A stretch of DNA of 64,000 nucleotides from Narcine bancroftii (Eukaryota). The translations under genes were made by a program, and so were the position numbers. The stretch is from assembly GCF_036971445.1 (NCBI RefSeq), contig NC_091482.1, positions 69,006,001-69,070,000 of the forward strand, in the 5' to 3' direction. Positions 61,652 to 64,000 of this stretch are shown here, piece after piece (the first letter of the stretch is position 1; each line of letters starts with the position of its first letter). A model generated the notes under the pieces. The model did not search any database, was not told where the DNA came from, and worked only from the letters and a program-made list of their open reading frames with translations.

Positions 61652-62114
61652 CAGTAGATACATGTGACATGACCCATAATGGTTTCTTCATCAAAGAGTA
61701 AATGAATTTGTATGATATTAGTTTACAATTGCTGTCGCTGGATATGTCTAGATACTAGATTTTAAATCTCAACATTGAAGCTGTGTGAATCCTGCACTGA
61801 TCTTTTAAATGAGGCAATTGTTAGCTGTCACTAAAGCAACCGTTTATGAAAAGGAATGTTGCATACAAATGCACGGTGCATCAAATTTTTATGATGCGTG
61901 TTGTGAAACATGAGATCTGGAGGCTGTTTAAAACGACTCTTCGAGGCTGAATCTTGAGGGAGTTGATAGGGAATGTCTGAATGGGGTGACTGATGGATGA
62001 TGTGAATCTGGTGGAAGAAGGACATATTTCTGATTTACCGCATACTCTGAAACTATGGCACATTTGATTCCTTTATGGCTTCCCAAAATCCACATGGTCT
62101 CTTACATTTTACAG

Positions 62115-62313
62115 ATGGAACTGGAGAAGAGCCTCTATTCTGATCATGAGCTTCGAGTCTTTGAAGATGAAGAAAGAATTCGTCGGAGGCAGGCAAATGA
62201 TTATGATTCAGACGAAGATGATGATGTTGGCCAAGACATTGTAACGAGCCAAGATCTGGAAGATATGTGGGAACAGAAGTCCAGACAGTTCAAAGCTGCT
62301 GATAGAGTACAAG
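62115..62313 (+). CDS. MRPL46: MRPL46 exon 2
   Basis: TTACAG|[14 protein letters not shown]...[20 protein letters not shown]|GT; 199 nt. Confidence 0.95.
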
Positions 62314-62818
62314 GTCTATGCCTTTTTCTTTTGTATCGATAGTGTTATATTTTGTGATGTTCATTTGCTGTGTGCTTCTTGCCAGAGATACTTTCCAGAG
62401 CTTCTCATAAAATAGGAGCAAAAATAGACATTTTTGACCCAATGTGTCTGCTCCACTATTTAATAAGATCATGGCTAATAATTTTTCTTGGGTAAAATCT
62501 TGACTTCCTTAATGAAGGGGCTTCTTAGATTATGAATTACCTGACTTGCATAAATCTGAACATGCAAGTTCTCCCATATATTTTTTAAAGCATTTTTCAA
62601 GCTATTAACAAATGAAGTATGTGAAATGGAACATGTGAAATTGTGAATTGTGGTGGAATAGAAACTATGTTTAAGGAGAATGAAGGGATTTCGGGAGGAG
62701 CACTGGAGATGAAAGTGTTGTCATTAGAACAGATGTGACAGAGAAATAAGGAGAATGAACTGGATCCCTTTCAGAGAGCAGGAAGGGAGAATCTGTCATA
62801 CTGTTCACTGGAAGTTAA

Positions 62819-63378
62819 CACTGGACTTTTTCCAAAAGGTTGGCTTCCTAAAAATAAATTCAAGAAAAACACAAAGATAATTTCAGATTTGCTGCATCAT
62901 GTAGGAGGTTGGAGAAACATTAAATTGACTTTTATTGAATTCAGTATGTTTAATCGCTTCATGATGCGGACACATTGTGTTAGATCAGCTGACCTAAAAA
63001 TGTTTTGCCGCTGATTTTCATTTGTACTCAGCATCTGTCCAATAATAGTCGGCCAGCATTGATGGATTCCAGTTGCCCTGATACCGCTTTTCCATGGTCG
63101 CAATGTCCTGGTGAAACCTTTCACCATGTTCGTCACTGACTGCACCAAGGTCAGCAGGGAAGAGGCCGAGTGCAAATGCAGAAAAAGAACTTTCAATGAC
63201 ATGTAGCAATACATGGTTTTGTGTCCTTGAAGTAGAGTTAACGTATGACAGAAAAAAGGTCTTACCTAAAAGAAGGTACGTGAGAGGAAAATTTTAAGGT
63301 GATTTTTGTGATCAGCAAGCCAGAATCCAAAAAATACACCCAAAGATGTTCAGGAAGCAAAATATTCATTGTCCTGTG
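62819..63378 (-). mobile_element. Internally deleted Chapaev3-like DNA transposon retaining the transposase C-terminus
   Basis: MSLKVLFLHLH / FPADLGAVSDEHGERFHQDIATMEKRYQGNWNPSMLADYYW on the minus strand (63018-63205); CAC...GTG ends; subterminal similarity to 12575-13281. Confidence 0.72.
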
Positions 63379-63510
63379 TAATGATATGAATGATTTGTTT
63401 GTGGGAATTTATTGCAAATAATTCTTTGGGAAATATTGGGTTAATGTTGCTAAATAATTTCTTGCACATGCAGCTAATTTTCAAATCCATGTTTCCATGT
63501 GTATGTTAAG

Positions 63511-63681
63511 ATGACATCAACAAAGATAGATCGACGTTGAACAGAAAATTGGATGAAAAACTGCTATTGTTAACAAAAGTAAAAGTGGCAGATGAAGAGA
63601 TTTGGTTGCTGCCACAAAGCAATTGGAAGCCAGGGGAAACCATGAGGCAAACTGCAGAACGCACCTTGTCTACTCTATCAG
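63511..63681 (+). CDS. MRPL46: MRPL46 exon 3 (gene continues beyond the window)
   Basis: TTAAG|DINKDRSTLNRKLDEKLLLLTK...IWLLPQSNWKPGETMRQTAERTLSTLS G|GTAACT; 171 nt, phase 1-1. Confidence 0.95.
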
Positions 63682-64000
63682 GTAACTGCTAATTTTTTGG
63701 TAGCTGTTGATCTGTTATAATTATGACATGATAAAACATAATAAAAGGTCCATTTTATCTATTATATCTGTCCTACCTATTTCTCACTTGACCAGTAATT
63801 TTTCTCTTCAGAGATTTATGAACATTTTTATTGAATTTGGTTTCACCATCCTTCCAGACAATACATTTCATATCACCAATTTGTGGTGGGAAACTTCTCA
63901 TATCTCCTTTGGTTTGCTGGTTTGTTTCCTCTTTCTCTCAAAAATGGTTCATGCTAATTTCCGGAATTTCATTTATTGATTCATTCTTCCTGTAATCCTT

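Overview
Vertebrate genomic DNA, most likely a cartilaginous fish (inferred from the V-SINE/HE1-like, CR1, Rex1-like and Penelope-like repeat content). It holds the conserved DET1-MRPS11-MRPL46 block in the same relative orientation as in mammals. DET1 (+) has 4 coding exons (18490-28535, 552 aa). MRPS11 (-) has 6 coding exons (51872-35220, 195 aa). MRPL46 (+) shows its first 3 exons (52308-63681) and continues past the window. MRPS11 and MRPL46 share a ~435 bp bidirectional CpG-island promoter bracketed by two large G-rich minisatellites. Also present are a SEM1/DSS1 processed pseudogene, a decayed L1-clade LINE with both ends, two complementary Chapaev3-like transposon remnants, a hAT element nested in a CR1 that carries a promoter-plus-exon-like CpG-rich cargo, and a long fold-back palindrome in DET1 intron 2 split by a LINE. 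I see no firm evidence of a new biological system; the best leads are the promoter-flanking minisatellites, the hAT cargo and the palindrome. Repeat boundaries are approximate and family names come from motif recognition, not database searches.
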